From Pseudomonadota bacterium (GTDB lineage Archaea; Thermoplasmatota; SW-10-69-26; JACQPN01; JAJPHT01), in assembly GCA_021325135.1 (NCBI GenBank), contig JAJPHT010000006.1, positions 18,481 to 82,480 of the forward strand: a stretch of DNA of 64,000 nucleotides. The letters run 5' to 3'. Numbering within the stretch: the stretch's first letter is position 1; each line of letters begins with the position of its first letter. Position numbers and translations under genes: made by a program. The notes beneath the pieces were generated by a model. That model saw only the letters and a program-made list of their open reading frames with translations. It was not told where the DNA came from and did not search any database. Positions 45,313 to 55,092 of this stretch are shown here, piece after piece.

Positions 45313-46118
45313 ATGGCCTCCTCCACCGACGCGCGCAGCCGCTCTGCGTCGAGGCCCTCCTTGGAGAGCAGCGCGTCGGCGCCCGCGGCGACGAGCTCCA
45401 GCGCGACGGCGTCGCTGCCGTGCGCGGTGAGGGCCAGCACCGCGCCGCGCGCGCCCAGTGCGGTGGCCTCGTCCAGGAACGCGGCGCCGTCCAGGTCGGG
45501 GAGGAGGTAGTCCACGATGAGCAGGTCGAAGGAGGCGAGGTCCGTCTCCAGCGCGGCTTCGGCGCTGGGCGCCTCGACCACGGTCCACCCGTCGGCCTGG
45601 AGCGTGCGGCGCACGAACGCGCGCGCGACGTCGGTGTCGTCCACGACGAGCGCGCGCTGCCCGTCGTGCCGTCTGCGCTCGAAGGGGCCAGGCTCCGCGG
45701 GCGCGCGGGCGGGGACGGGCGGCAATTCCTCCTCGGGGTAGCCGGGGGGTCCGCCCGTCGCCTCGATGGCGGCGAGGAGCTTCGTCGCGTCGAGCCCCTC
45801 CTTGGCGATGACGTCGTGCGCGCCCGCGAGCACGAGCGCCTCGTACACCGCGTCCGTGCCCGCGCCGGTGAGCGCGAGGACGGGGGTGCCCACGCGGCTC
45901 TCGCGCCACCGCTCCAGGCACGCGACGCCGTCGCGGTCGGGCAGCGAGAAGTCCAGCACGATGACCTCGTAGCGGCGCTGCGCGAGCAGTTCGTCCGCAT
46001 CGGCGGCCGTTGCAGCTTCGTCCACGCGCCACCCGCGCCGCGTCAGCGCGCTGTTCACGACGGCGCGGAACGTGCCGTCGTCGTCCACGAGGAGCGCGCG
46101 CCGCTCGGGGAGGGGCAT
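45282..46118 (-). CDS. Response regulator with two receiver domains and no output domain
   Basis: LLVDDD...LDFSLPDRDG..LT..K and LVVDDT...VDYLLPDLDG..LT..K. Confidence 0.9.
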   Translation of the reverse strand: MPLPERRALLVDDDGTFRAVVNSALTRRGWRVDEAATAADADELLAQRRYEVIVLDFSLPDRDGVACLERWRESRVGTPVLALTGAGTDAVYEALVLAGAHDVIAKEGLDATKLLAAIEATGGPPGYPEEELPPVPARAPAEPGPFERRRHDGQRALVVDDTDVARAFVRRTLQADGWTVVEAPSAEAALETDLASFDLLIVDYLLPDLDGAAFLDEATALGARGAVLALTAHGSDAVALELVAAGADALLSKEGLDAERLRASVEEAMAGVSGGEDP

Positions 46119-46161
46119 CGGGGGCGCGAGCCCCCGGCGAGGGCATGAACCCCGCGGAGCC

Positions 46162-48318
46162 TCACCGGCGGCGCCGCGCCACGAGCGCGGCGCCCGCGCC
46201 CGCGAGGACCAGCGCGGCGACGCCCGGGAACGGCACGGGGCTCGCGGGCGAGGTCGCCTCGGAGGGCGTCTGCGTCCCGCGCGGCGTGGTCGTCGAGGGC
46301 GCGCGCGTCGTGGAGGGCGGGGTCGTCGTCGTGCCCGGCGTCGGCGGGGTCGTCGAGGAGGGCGGCGTGGTGGACGAGGGCGGCGTCGAGGGCTGCGGCA
46401 CGTCCGCGCTGGCGGGATCGGAGGCGGGACCCTCGCCCGCGGAGTTGACCGCCGTCACGGTGTACGCGTGGACGCCGGGCGAGGGGCTCGCGTCGGTCCA
46501 CACCGTCGCGGTGGCGTTGCCCGCCGGCTGCCCGTCGCGGTACACGCGGTAGGAGAGCACCGCCGCGCCGCCGTTGCTGGCGGGCGGGCTCCACGTCAGC
46601 GTGACCGCGCCGGTGGCGTCCGCGCTGGCGACGGCCCCCTGGGGCGCGCCGGGCCGCGAGGGGCCGGAGCCGCCGCTGCCGTGGGGCGTCGCGACGTGGT
46701 CGTCGCTGAGGAGGAAGTTGGCGCTGAACTTCGCGCTCCACGCCTGGCCCGTGTCGATGACGTGCAGCTCGCCTTCGCGATAGCCCACGTCGAGGCTGCG
46801 GTAGTTGGGCTGCGAGAGCTGGTGGGCCGCGGGGACGACGAGGTAGAGGTGGCCGTCGCCGTAGAGGTCGCCCGCGACCGGGCCGCGCGTCTCGCCCCAG
46901 CCGTCGGTGAGCGGGAACCAGCCCGTCTCCTTCCCGGTGGCGAGGTCGAAGACGCCGATCCCGTCGTAGCCCAGCTTGGGCTCGGGGCAGAGGACGTCCA
47001 TCTTGCCGTCGCCGTTGCCGTCGGCGATGACGAAGTCCTTGTTGCTCCAGTAGATGGGCACGCTCGTGCGCCAGAGCACGCTGCCGTCGCGCCCGTCCAG
47101 CGCGAAGAGGTTGCTGCTGCGGCTCGTGGGCTCCCAGTTGCCCGGCTTGTGGCCGATGGTGTTCCAGTCCAGCGCCACGAAGTCCAGCACGCCGTCGCCG
47201 TTCACGTCGATGGCCGCGGGGTGGTTGTACTGGACGGGGTTCATCCAGTCGTAGCTCACGTTCCACACCATGTTGCCGTGGGGGTCGAGGAGATACCACA
47301 CGGCGTGCGTCTCGTTCATCCAGTTGCGGTCGTACGTCGGGTCCTTGCTGCTGGGCGGGTATGGGTACGTCGCGTTGTAGACCGCGTTGCGCGCGCCGAA
47401 GAAGGTGTAGAGCCCGCCGTTCCCGTACACGTCCGCGAAGGTGGGCGCCAGGGGCACGCTGCCGGGGTACGCGCCGTGCTCGCGCGCGCGGAAGACCCAC
47501 TTCTGGGCGCCGGTCTTCGCGTCGTAGCAGGCGATCTCGCCCGCGTCGGAGGCGAAGCAGGCGTCCTTCCTGCCGTTCTGGTCGATGTCGACGACGACCG
47601 CGCCCGCGTTGCCGTCGTAGTACGACTTGGACCACTTGTAGTTGCCATGGCAGTCGAATGCGAGCTGGCCGGGCCAGCCGTCCGTCTCGGCGAAGACGTA
47701 CTTGCAGCCCGAGCCGTCCACGTCGGCCATGAAGGCGTCGCCGTCGCTGCCGACGCTGTATTGCGACTGGATGGTCCCGTTGGGGTAGTAGAGCCACGGG
47801 TGCGCGTCCTTGAAGCCGGGCTCGTAGCGCGACGCGTCGATGCTCACCTCCCACTTCTTGTCGAAGGCGAAGCTCGTGGGCGTGGAGTTCGCGGCGGAGT
47901 AGCACCACGCGGCGAGCATGGCCGCGTCGCTGGGGACCACCATGCAGGGGACGCCGTCGCCCATGAGGTTCCCGACGGCGATGGGGTTGATGTCGCGCAC
48001 GGGCCACGTCTCGCCGCCGGGGTGGCTCGTGGGAAGCTCCGCGAGCACGCCGCCCGTGCGGCTGTCGAGGACGTAGGCGCGGTTGTTGTCGTTGTTGCTG
48101 ACGATCTCCAGCTGGCCGTCGCCGTTGAAGTCGTAGAGGTTGAGGCTCGCGGTGTCGAACGCCTCGAACGTCTTCGCGGGGTGCGCGCTTGCGCTCGTGA
48201 TGGTGAGCGGCTCGGTCCAGCTCGAGGCCGCGCCCTGGGGCGCCACGGCGGCCCCTTGCGAAGCCGACAAGGAGGCAAGCACGAGCAGGGCGGCGGCGAG
48301 GGGGGCCATCCGTCGCAT
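46162..48318 (-). CDS. Cell-surface FG-GAP/beta-propeller protein with Fn3 domain, Thr/Pro linker and PGF-CTERM-like anchor
   Basis: Signal peptide; repeated DxNGDG; TWSPPASNGG...YTVTAVNSAGEG; C-terminal VPFPG + TM + RRRR. Confidence 0.88.
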   Translation of the reverse strand: MRRMAPLAAALLVLASLSASQGAAVAPQGAASSWTEPLTITSASAHPAKTFEAFDTASLNLYDFNGDGQLEIVSNNDNNRAYVLDSRTGGVLAELPTSHPGGETWPVRDINPIAVGNLMGDGVPCMVVPSDAAMLAAWCYSAANSTPTSFAFDKKWEVSIDASRYEPGFKDAHPWLYYPNGTIQSQYSVGSDGDAFMADVDGSGCKYVFAETDGWPGQLAFDCHGNYKWSKSYYDGNAGAVVVDIDQNGRKDACFASDAGEIACYDAKTGAQKWVFRAREHGAYPGSVPLAPTFADVYGNGGLYTFFGARNAVYNATYPYPPSSKDPTYDRNWMNETHAVWYLLDPHGNMVWNVSYDWMNPVQYNHPAAIDVNGDGVLDFVALDWNTIGHKPGNWEPTSRSSNLFALDGRDGSVLWRTSVPIYWSNKDFVIADGNGDGKMDVLCPEPKLGYDGIGVFDLATGKETGWFPLTDGWGETRGPVAGDLYGDGHLYLVVPAAHQLSQPNYRSLDVGYREGELHVIDTGQAWSAKFSANFLLSDDHVATPHGSGGSGPSRPGAPQGAVASADATGAVTLTWSPPASNGGAAVLSYRVYRDGQPAGNATATVWTDASPSPGVHAYTVTAVNSAGEGPASDPASADVPQPSTPPSSTTPPSSTTPPTPGTTTTPPSTTRAPSTTTPRGTQTPSEATSPASPVPFPGVAALVLAGAGAALVARRRR

Positions 48319-48406
48319 GGGGCGCCGGTGCCCGGGGGGCCTTATGGTGGAGTTGGGACGTAAGGCGAAGCGTAGGAGGTGGCAAGCACTATCTGGGGGC
48401 CCCTTC

Positions 48407-49138
48407 ATGGTGGCCCTCGTGGATGCGCCTCAGGGAGGCCCGTTGCCCTGGCCGCCGCCCGGCGCGCGGCCCGCCCCCCGCCAGGCCACGTTCTTCGAGC
48501 GCGCGCCCGCCAACCCCCTGGCGTTCGGCGCCGTCCTCTTCCTCGTCGGCTGGGCGGGCATCCTGTTCCAGCACGGCGTCCTGCGGCAGCTCGTCGTGGG
48601 CGCGCCGCTCTTCGAGGAGATGGCGAAGCTGGGCCTCGCCCTGGCCCTCGTCGCGCTCCTGGGCATCCGCGCGACGTGGCTGCGCATGCCCTTCGCGTGG
48701 GCGTCGGGGGCGGCCTTCGGCGTGCTGGAGCACTTCCTGACGTACGCCGACGAGCCGGCCCTCTTCTGGGAGCTGCGCGTGGCGTTCCACCTCGCCACCG
48801 CGGGGCTCTCCATGGCGGTCTACGGCATCCTGGAGCCCCTTCCCGACGCGCGCGTCCGCTGGGCGACGACGCTCCTCTCCAGCGCGATCCACGCCGCGAA
48901 CAACCTGGGCGCGCTCTTCTTCCTCATCCTGGGGGGCTACGTGGACACGGACCCTGCCGCGACGGCGTTCTCGGCCCTCGTCACCGCGGCGGCGCTGGGG
49001 CTGACGCTGGTCGTCCTGGCGGCGCGCGAGCGCGCGCGGGCCCGCGCCCTGCTTATGCTGCGCCGCGTCTTCGGCCCGATCAGCGAGGCGCCGCGCGCTC
49101 CGTCGCCAGCTCCTCCCCTGGACCCTCCGGGCCCGTGA
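48407..49138 (+). CDS. PrsW-family intramembrane metalloprotease
   Basis: APLFEEMAK, GAAFGVLEH, FHLA and IHAANN motifs. Confidence 0.8.
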   Translation: MVALVDAPQGGPLPWPPPGARPAPRQATFFERAPANPLAFGAVLFLVGWAGILFQHGVLRQLVVGAPLFEEMAKLGLALALVALLGIRATWLRMPFAWASGAAFGVLEHFLTYADEPALFWELRVAFHLATAGLSMAVYGILEPLPDARVRWATTLLSSAIHAANNLGALFFLILGGYVDTDPAATAFSALVTAAALGLTLVVLAARERARARALLMLRRVFGPISEAPRAPSPAPPLDPPGP

Positions 49139-50399
49139 CGCGCGCGGGGTGGTCGATGGCGACGGGCAGGACGCGCCCCAGCCACCACCACCCGGCGAGG
49201 CTCAGCAGGACCACAGCCGCCACCGTGGGCCAGAGCCAGGCGGTCGCGTGCGCGTCGAAGAACACGCCGCCGATGACCGCGCCCACGCCGCTGGACACGC
49301 TCCACGTGAGGTCCATGGCGGCCAGGTACTTGCCGTAGCTCGTGGGGCCGCCCGCCATGCCTGCGGCCAGCGAGGGCCCCATGCCCGCGTTCACGATCTC
49401 GCCCACGGTCATGACGACGACGCCCGCCGCGACGATGCCGTAGGCGAGGAGGGGCGGCCGGCCGACGGCGGCCCAGTTGAGGAGCAGGCTGGCGGCCAGG
49501 AGCGCGTTGCCCAGGAGCAGCACGCGCGTGCGCGAGCGCCGGTCGGCCCAGGCGGAGAGCGGCACCTGGAGCGCCACCACCATGACGGTGTTGATGGCGA
49601 CGACCACGCCGATGCCCATGGCGGTCGCGGAGAGGACGTCCTTCATGAACGGCGCGTAGGTGCTGTAGAACTGGCTCCAGCCGATGCCGCCCAGCGTGGC
49701 CACGAGGAGCACGGCGAGGAAGCGCCGGTCGCGCAGCGGCGTCGAGAGGTCGCGCACGTGGTGGCGCAGGCGCGCGAGCCCGCCTTCCTCCTTCGCGCCG
49801 GGCGCGCGGGCGTGGCTCTCCTCCACGGCGAGGGCGACCACCACGAGGTAGGCCGCCGCGCCCGCGGCCTCGGCGAAGAAGAGCGAGCGGTAGGGCAGGA
49901 ACGCCACGAGGATGGCGCCCACGAGGAGCCCCACCGAGAGGCCCAGGTTGTTGGCAAGGTAGAGGAGGCCGTAGGCGCGGCCGCGGCGGTCCTCGGGCGT
50001 CACGTCCGCGACCATGGCGCGCGCGGAGGGGCCCCACGCGGAGACGGCGATGGCGTAGAGGATCGTGACCTCGAAATACGCGGGCACGGTGACGACGAAC
50101 GCGTAGGCCACGGCGCACATGGCCTGCCCCAGGAAGCCCAGGAGCATGAGCGGCTTGCGGCCGATGCGGTCCGCGACGCCGCCCCAGAAGATGCCCACGA
50201 GCGCGCCAAGGGGGAACGCGATGGCCAGCGCGAGGCCCACGAGCGTCAGCGGGAAGTGCCGCACGTCGTAGAAGTAGAGCGTCGCGAAGGGCATGATGAT
50301 GCCGCGCCCCGTGGAGAGAAGCCCCTGCCCGTAGGTGAGGAGCCAGACGCGCGCGTCCATCTGGCGATGGAACGCCGCGACGCGCGCGAGGGCATTCAT
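49080..50399 (-). CDS. MFS transporter
   Basis: GGVADRIGRKP, ADVTPEDRRGRAYG; about 12 TM; TATA-like CTTTAT about 27 nt upstream supports ATG 50399. Confidence 0.92.
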   Translation of the reverse strand: MNALARVAAFHRQMDARVWLLTYGQGLLSTGRGIIMPFATLYFYDVRHFPLTLVGLALAIAFPLGALVGIFWGGVADRIGRKPLMLLGFLGQAMCAVAYAFVVTVPAYFEVTILYAIAVSAWGPSARAMVADVTPEDRRGRAYGLLYLANNLGLSVGLLVGAILVAFLPYRSLFFAEAAGAAAYLVVVALAVEESHARAPGAKEEGGLARLRHHVRDLSTPLRDRRFLAVLLVATLGGIGWSQFYSTYAPFMKDVLSATAMGIGVVVAINTVMVVALQVPLSAWADRRSRTRVLLLGNALLAASLLLNWAAVGRPPLLAYGIVAAGVVVMTVGEIVNAGMGPSLAAGMAGGPTSYGKYLAAMDLTWSVSSGVGAVIGGVFFDAHATAWLWPTVAAVVLLSLAGWWWLGRVLPVAIDHPARVTGPEGPGEELATERAAPR

Positions 50400-50486
50400 C
50401 ACGGCGCCCAGGCCCCCTTCGACCATAAAGGCGCCTTCGGCCTTCGCAAGCGCTCATGTATCGGAGGGCGCTGCGGAGGACTGCCG

Positions 50487-52697
50487 ATGCTCGAAGCCTG
50501 GGCCCGCCTCGTCCACCGCCACCCGTGGATCACGCTCCTCGTCTCGGGCGCCATCCTCGCCGCCTCCGTGGGCGCGCTCCTCGCGGGCGGCACGCTCACC
50601 AACTCGCAGCCCAAGGGCACCGAGGCGGGCCGCGCGTTCCAGCTCTACGACCAGGAGCTCGCCGCGCAGGCCAACGCCACGTTCGCGTTCATCGCCGCGA
50701 GCCCCACGATGAAGGTGGACGACCCCGCGTTCCGCGACGCGCTCAACGCGACGATCGCGGGGCTGGAGCGGGACCCGCGCGTCGCCAGCGTGCGCTCGCC
50801 CTACGACGCGGGCGGCGCGGGCCTCGTCTCCAAGGACGGCCGCGAGGCGCTGGTCATCGTGGGTCTCAAGGACTCCTTCGACCGCGCGCGCTCGTACTTC
50901 CCCGAGGTGCGCGGCGAGATCCGCTCCCCGTCTCTTGATATCACCGCGACCGACGGGCTCGCCATCGCGTCCGACTTCGACGCCATCCTGGAGAAGGACC
51001 TCGCCCGCGCCGAGACGGTGAGCCTGCCCCTGACCCTCGTCCTGCTGCTCCTGGTCTTCGGCGCCGTCGTCGCCGCCCTTCTTCCGCTGGGCGTCGGCGT
51101 GCTGGCGGTCCTGGGCGGGCTGGGCAGCGTGATGGTCCTCGCGCGCTTCGCCGACGTCTCGACCTACGCGCTCAACATCGTGACGCTCATCGGCTTGGGC
51201 GTCGCCATCGACTACTCGCTCTTCATCGTGAACCGCTTCCGCGAGGAGCGCTCGCGCGGCGGGAGCGCGGAGGACGCGCTGGCCAAGGCCATGGCGACCG
51301 CGGGGCGAGCCGTCGTCTTCTCCGGCTTGACCGTCGCCATCGGCCTCTCGGGGCTCCTCTTCTTCCGCGGCACGTTCCTCGCCAGCATGGGCCTCGCGGG
51401 CGCCATCGTCGTCGTGTTCGCCGTCGCCTACGCGCTCTCCTTCCTCCCCGCGCTCCTGGCTCTTCTGGGCCCGCGCCTCGACAAGGGGAGCGTCGTCCCG
51501 CGCCGCTGGACCGCGGTGCCCAGCGAGCGCGGCTTCTGGCACCGGCTCGCGCACGCCGTCATGCGCCGGCCCGTCCTGGTCCTCGTCGCGACCCTGGCCC
51601 TCCTTCTCGCGGCGGGTTCGCCCTTCCTCCACGTGCGCCTCGCCAGCGGCGACGTGGGCATGCTGCCCGCGAGCGCCGAGTCGCGCCGCGGCTACGAGAC
51701 GCTCGTCTCCGACTTCCCCGGGCACGACGAGACGCAGATCCTCGCCCTCGTCCACTTCGCGGAGGGGCACCCGCTCACCAGCGACCGCGTGGGCGCCCTG
51801 GTGGACCTCAGCCGCGCCATCGCGAAGCTCCCCGGCGTGCTGGCCGTGCAGAGCGTCGTCGACCTCGACCCGTCGATGAGCAAGGAGGACTACCAGCGCG
51901 CGCTCAGCGCGCCGCCCTCGACGTGGCCGCCCGCCCTGCAGGCCGCCGCAAAGGCCAGCGTCGGCGAGCACGTCGTCGTCCTCAACGTCCTCACCCACGC
52001 CGCGGCCAGCAGCGACGAGGCGCGCGGGATCGTGAAGGGCATCCGCGCGCTCTACCCCGCACAGGGCGAGCTCCTCGTCACGGGCGCCACGGCGTTCGAC
52101 CTCGACACGATCGCGTTCATCCTCCAGCAGATCCCCCTCGCCGTCGCCTTTGTCGTGCTCGTGACCTACGCGCTCCTCCTCGTGCAGACCGGGTCGGTCC
52201 TGCTGCCGCTGAAGGCGGTGCTTATGAACTTCGTCTCCATCAGCGCGAGCTTCGGCGCCCTGGTCTTCGTGTTCCAGGACGGCCACCTGGCGGGCCTGTT
52301 GCGTTTCTCCGCCGCCAGCATCGACCCCACGCTGCCGGTCATCATGTTCTGCATCATGTTCGGCCTCTCCATGGACTACGAGGTGCTGCTCCTCTCCCGC
52401 ATGCAGGAGGAGCTCCGCAGGTCGGGTGACAACCGCGCCGCCGTCGCCGCGGGCCTGGAGAAGACGGGCCGCCTCATCACCGGCGCCGCGGCCATCATGG
52501 TCGTCGTCTTCTCGGCGTTCGCCCTCGCCCAGGTCACCATCATCAAGGCCATCGGGTTCGGGCTCGCGCTGGCCGTCGCCGTGGACGCGACGCTCGTGCG
52601 CGCGCTGCTGGTGCCCGCCACGATGCGCCTGCTGGGCCGCGCCAACTGGTGGGCTCCGGGCTGGGTGAAGCGGCTCCAGGTCGGAGTGGAGCACTAG
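50487..52697 (+). CDS. MMPL/RND-family transporter
   Basis: GLGVAIDYSLFIVNRFREE, FGLSMDYEVLLLSR, DATLVRALLVPA. Confidence 0.95.
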   Translation: MLEAWARLVHRHPWITLLVSGAILAASVGALLAGGTLTNSQPKGTEAGRAFQLYDQELAAQANATFAFIAASPTMKVDDPAFRDALNATIAGLERDPRVASVRSPYDAGGAGLVSKDGREALVIVGLKDSFDRARSYFPEVRGEIRSPSLDITATDGLAIASDFDAILEKDLARAETVSLPLTLVLLLLVFGAVVAALLPLGVGVLAVLGGLGSVMVLARFADVSTYALNIVTLIGLGVAIDYSLFIVNRFREERSRGGSAEDALAKAMATAGRAVVFSGLTVAIGLSGLLFFRGTFLASMGLAGAIVVVFAVAYALSFLPALLALLGPRLDKGSVVPRRWTAVPSERGFWHRLAHAVMRRPVLVLVATLALLLAAGSPFLHVRLASGDVGMLPASAESRRGYETLVSDFPGHDETQILALVHFAEGHPLTSDRVGALVDLSRAIAKLPGVLAVQSVVDLDPSMSKEDYQRALSAPPSTWPPALQAAAKASVGEHVVVLNVLTHAAASSDEARGIVKGIRALYPAQGELLVTGATAFDLDTIAFILQQIPLAVAFVVLVTYALLLVQTGSVLLPLKAVLMNFVSISASFGALVFVFQDGHLAGLLRFSAASIDPTLPVIMFCIMFGLSMDYEVLLLSRMQEELRRSGDNRAAVAAGLEKTGRLITGAAAIMVVVFSAFALAQVTIIKAIGFGLALAVAVDATLVRALLVPATMRLLGRANWWAPGWVKRLQVGVEH

Positions 52698-52699
52698 CA

Positions 52700-52722
52700 A
52701 GAAGAGGAGAAAAACAGAGGAA
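52700..52722 (-). terminator. Pyrimidine/T-rich tract, probable archaeal terminator for the minus-strand gene ending at 52761
   Basis: Minus strand reads TTCCTCTGTTTTTCTCCTCTTCTT between convergent genes. Confidence 0.4.
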
Positions 52723-52760
52723 GCCTCGCCTGCGGGGCAGGGTCATGGGCTAAGGGGGCC

Positions 52761-53615
52761 TTAGGCGTTCGCCGCGAGGGTGCCGGTCGTGGCGGTGGCC
52801 GCGGTGACGCTGCCGCCGTCCTCGGTGACGCCGCTCTGGAGGAAGAGCCAGTAGCCGTCGTCGCCGCCGTGGCCGATGGCGCAGACGGGGTCCGTGCCGG
52901 GGCTCCAGGTGTTGACCCAGACGTTGAGGCAGTCGTTCGTGTCCGTGTCGGGCGTGATCGAGCCGTCGACCTGGCACGAGACGGTGGCGCCGGTGTTGGG
53001 GTCCGTGACGACGACGGGGCCCGCGGTGTCGTCGACGCCCCAGGTGCCGCCCACGGGGAGGCCGCTCAGGTCCGTCGCGGTGCCGCTGGTGCTGTGGACG
53101 TTGAGGCCGTAGCCGCAGCCGTCGGTCGTGTCCCACTCGGTGGACGAGCCGAAGAAGCCGCCGCCGACGCCGACATCGAGGTCGCCGTCGAAGTCGCCGG
53201 GCACGCCGTCACCGTTGCAGTCCGCGACGTTGCTGTCCTGGACGGTCACGAAGCCCGCGCTGGCGCCGCTCACGGGGGCGCCCTGCTCGGTGAGCGTGTT
53301 GGAGTTGCCGCCGAGGGAGCCGGGGAGGCCGTAGGTGTGCACGGGCTGGTTGTTGGTGCAGCTGCCCTGCGAGACGCAGGTGTTGAGGTTCACCAAGCCG
53401 CTGCAGCTGTCGCCGCAGGTGCCCACGTTCACCAGGTACGTACACGTGTCCTTGCACGTCCCGGCGTTCACCGTGCAGTTCGCGGTGGCATCACAGCTTC
53501 CCAGGTTGACCGCGCACGACGCCGACGCGGCGGGCATGAAAACGCCCGCGGCGCCGAAGGCGAACGCGAAGGCCGTGAGGAACGACAGCAGCGTGGCTAC
53601 TCGAATCGTGGTCAT
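52761..53615 (-). CDS. Secreted Cys-rich repeat protein with acidic Ca-binding-like loop
   Basis: Signal peptide; four C-x(1-3)-VN-x-G/N-x-C repeats; DCNGDGVPGDFDGDLD. Confidence 0.8.
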   Translation of the reverse strand: MTTIRVATLLSFLTAFAFAFGAAGVFMPAASASCAVNLGSCDATANCTVNAGTCKDTCTYLVNVGTCGDSCSGLVNLNTCVSQGSCTNNQPVHTYGLPGSLGGNSNTLTEQGAPVSGASAGFVTVQDSNVADCNGDGVPGDFDGDLDVGVGGGFFGSSTEWDTTDGCGYGLNVHSTSGTATDLSGLPVGGTWGVDDTAGPVVVTDPNTGATVSCQVDGSITPDTDTNDCLNVWVNTWSPGTDPVCAIGHGGDDGYWLFLQSGVTEDGGSVTAATATTGTLAANA

Positions 53616-53931
53616 TGGATTCACCAAGGGTGTCCGCGAAGCCCGATCCCGCCAGGGCCCTTGGCATCGCGGCAGCGCGCCTAACACGGCAATGATGCAT
53701 CAAGGGTCTAGAGGAAAATTGTGAAAGAAATTTTGTTTGATAACACTAAACGTTGCGGCCTCCCCGCGCCGCCCCGCACGCCCGCCGGTGACCGCCTTGG
53801 CTCAAAATCTTCGGAGAATCTTCCGGGGAAGCATCCATCGTACACAAATGAATTCGTGCCAGTGGGCCAGAAAATCGAGCCCACATTGGCACGGGGTTGT
53901 TATGACCAAGATAGAATTGATAGAATTGAAA

Positions 53932-54053
53932 GAGGACCCGCCTCACGCCGCGGCCGCGAGGGGCGAGGGCGGGAGCGCGGGGTCGTCCAGGCGGAGGGGG
54001 AACACGCTGGCCTCCTGCGCCCTCTCGGGCGGGTGGGGCTTGCGCAGGTCCTC
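53932..54053. repeat. Long imperfect GC-rich hairpin
   Basis: Nested pairings GAGGACC/GGTCCTC, CTCAC/GTGGG, CGAG/CTCG, AGGGC/GCCCT, CCAGGCG/CGCTGG. Confidence 0.55.
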
Positions 54054-54067
54054 CACGCGTTCGAGGA

Positions 54068-54268
54068 TCACACGCTGGCCGACAGGTCCGAGATCCGTTC
54101 TCTCACCGCCTTCAGCTCCGCCTCAAGCTCCTGCGCGTAGTCTTCGAGCCAGGCCTTGCGCTCCTCGCGGGTGAAGTAGCGCCGGCCGCCATACGCTTGT
54201 CCTTGGCACATGGGCATCAGTCGCGCCCCGAAGGGCACGCATCCACATGGGTCGCGCTTCCTCATCAT
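54068..54268 (-). CDS. Small Cys-containing coiled-coil protein (DUF5320-like)
   Basis: CGC..MC N-terminus then RRYFTREER..LEDY..ELEAELKAVRERI. Confidence 0.75.
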   Translation of the reverse strand: MMRKRDPCGCVPFGARLMPMCQGQAYGGRRYFTREERKAWLEDYAQELEAELKAVRERISDLSASV

Positions 54269-54319
54269 GACCAGACGGGGGCGTGACCAGGTCGGGGGCG
54301 GGCCCGTCAGGGGGCCGCG

Positions 54320-54940
54320 CTACGTCAGCGGGAACCCGTTGGACGACCGGTAGTGGAGCGGGTCGACCTTGGGGGCGCCGCCGTAGATCTCCGCCAGCGC
54401 CGCGAGGACGGGCCGCGCCGCGCTGAAGCCGCCGGTGGGGTCCTCCGGGTCGGCCTGGACCTCCATGCGCAGCGCGCCGCCGTGCACGCGCACGGTGACG
54501 CGCCCCTTGCCGTTCTCGGTCATCCAGTGGAGGACCGTCTCGCCGGGGCCTTCGCTCTGGGCGTACCAGCGCAGGCCGCCGAACCAGCGGCGCGAGAGCT
54601 GCGCCGCCACGTCGCCCGCGCCCAGGTGCGGCGGGAGGAGCGCCTCCAGCAGGGGGAGCGGCGGCGCGGCGGGGCGCGGGAAGGCGTGCCCCTGGAGCGC
54701 GGCGGCCCCGCGGTCCGTCAATTGATAGCCCTTGCCGTCGTGGGCCACGAGCCCGTCGGCCTCCAGCCGGCGCAGCGTCCGCGCGAGGGCCTGCTGGTGG
54801 ACGCCCAGCTGCCGTCGAAGGCCCTGGAAAGTGACCCAGGCGTCGACCTCGCGGGCAAGCTCGGCCAGCACGGTGCGGTCCCGGTCCTCCAGGGCCGCCA
54901 CGGCGAAGGAGGGCGCGGGGGGGAGCGGCGCATCCGCCAT
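54320..54940 (-). CDS. Winged-helix DNA-binding protein
   Basis: TFQGLRRQLGVHQQALARTLRRLEADGLV; TATA-like GTTTATG about 28 nt upstream. Confidence 0.8.
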   Translation of the reverse strand: MADAPLPPAPSFAVAALEDRDRTVLAELAREVDAWVTFQGLRRQLGVHQQALARTLRRLEADGLVAHDGKGYQLTDRGAAALQGHAFPRPAAPPLPLLEALLPPHLGAGDVAAQLSRRWFGGLRWYAQSEGPGETVLHWMTENGKGRVTVRVHGGALRMEVQADPEDPTGGFSAARPVLAALAEIYGGAPKVDPLHYRSSNGFPLT

Positions 54941-55092
54941 ATGGTCCTCGGTGAGGGTCGTGCGGAGCATAAACCTCCCGGGCGCGGCCGCGGGGTGTGA
55001 CCGGCTTCGGCCGCGGGGAGTCACGCGACGGAGTTGCGTCACTTCGGGACGCAGGACGAACCCTGAAGCGCGGACGCCGCCCTCCGGCGCGC

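Noticed and set aside
46270-46390. Short tandem repeats (TTPPS-type)
   Set aside because: Ordinary Thr/Pro linker before the C-terminal anchor of a surface protein.
49149-50486. Apparent N-terminal extension of the MMPL ORF
   Set aside because: Antisense shadow of the MFS gene; the real start is ATG 50487.
53899-53932. GTT...ATAGAATTGAAAG resembles the 3' end of archaeal CRISPR repeats
   Set aside because: Single occurrence, with no repeat-spacer periodicity and no cas genes in the window.
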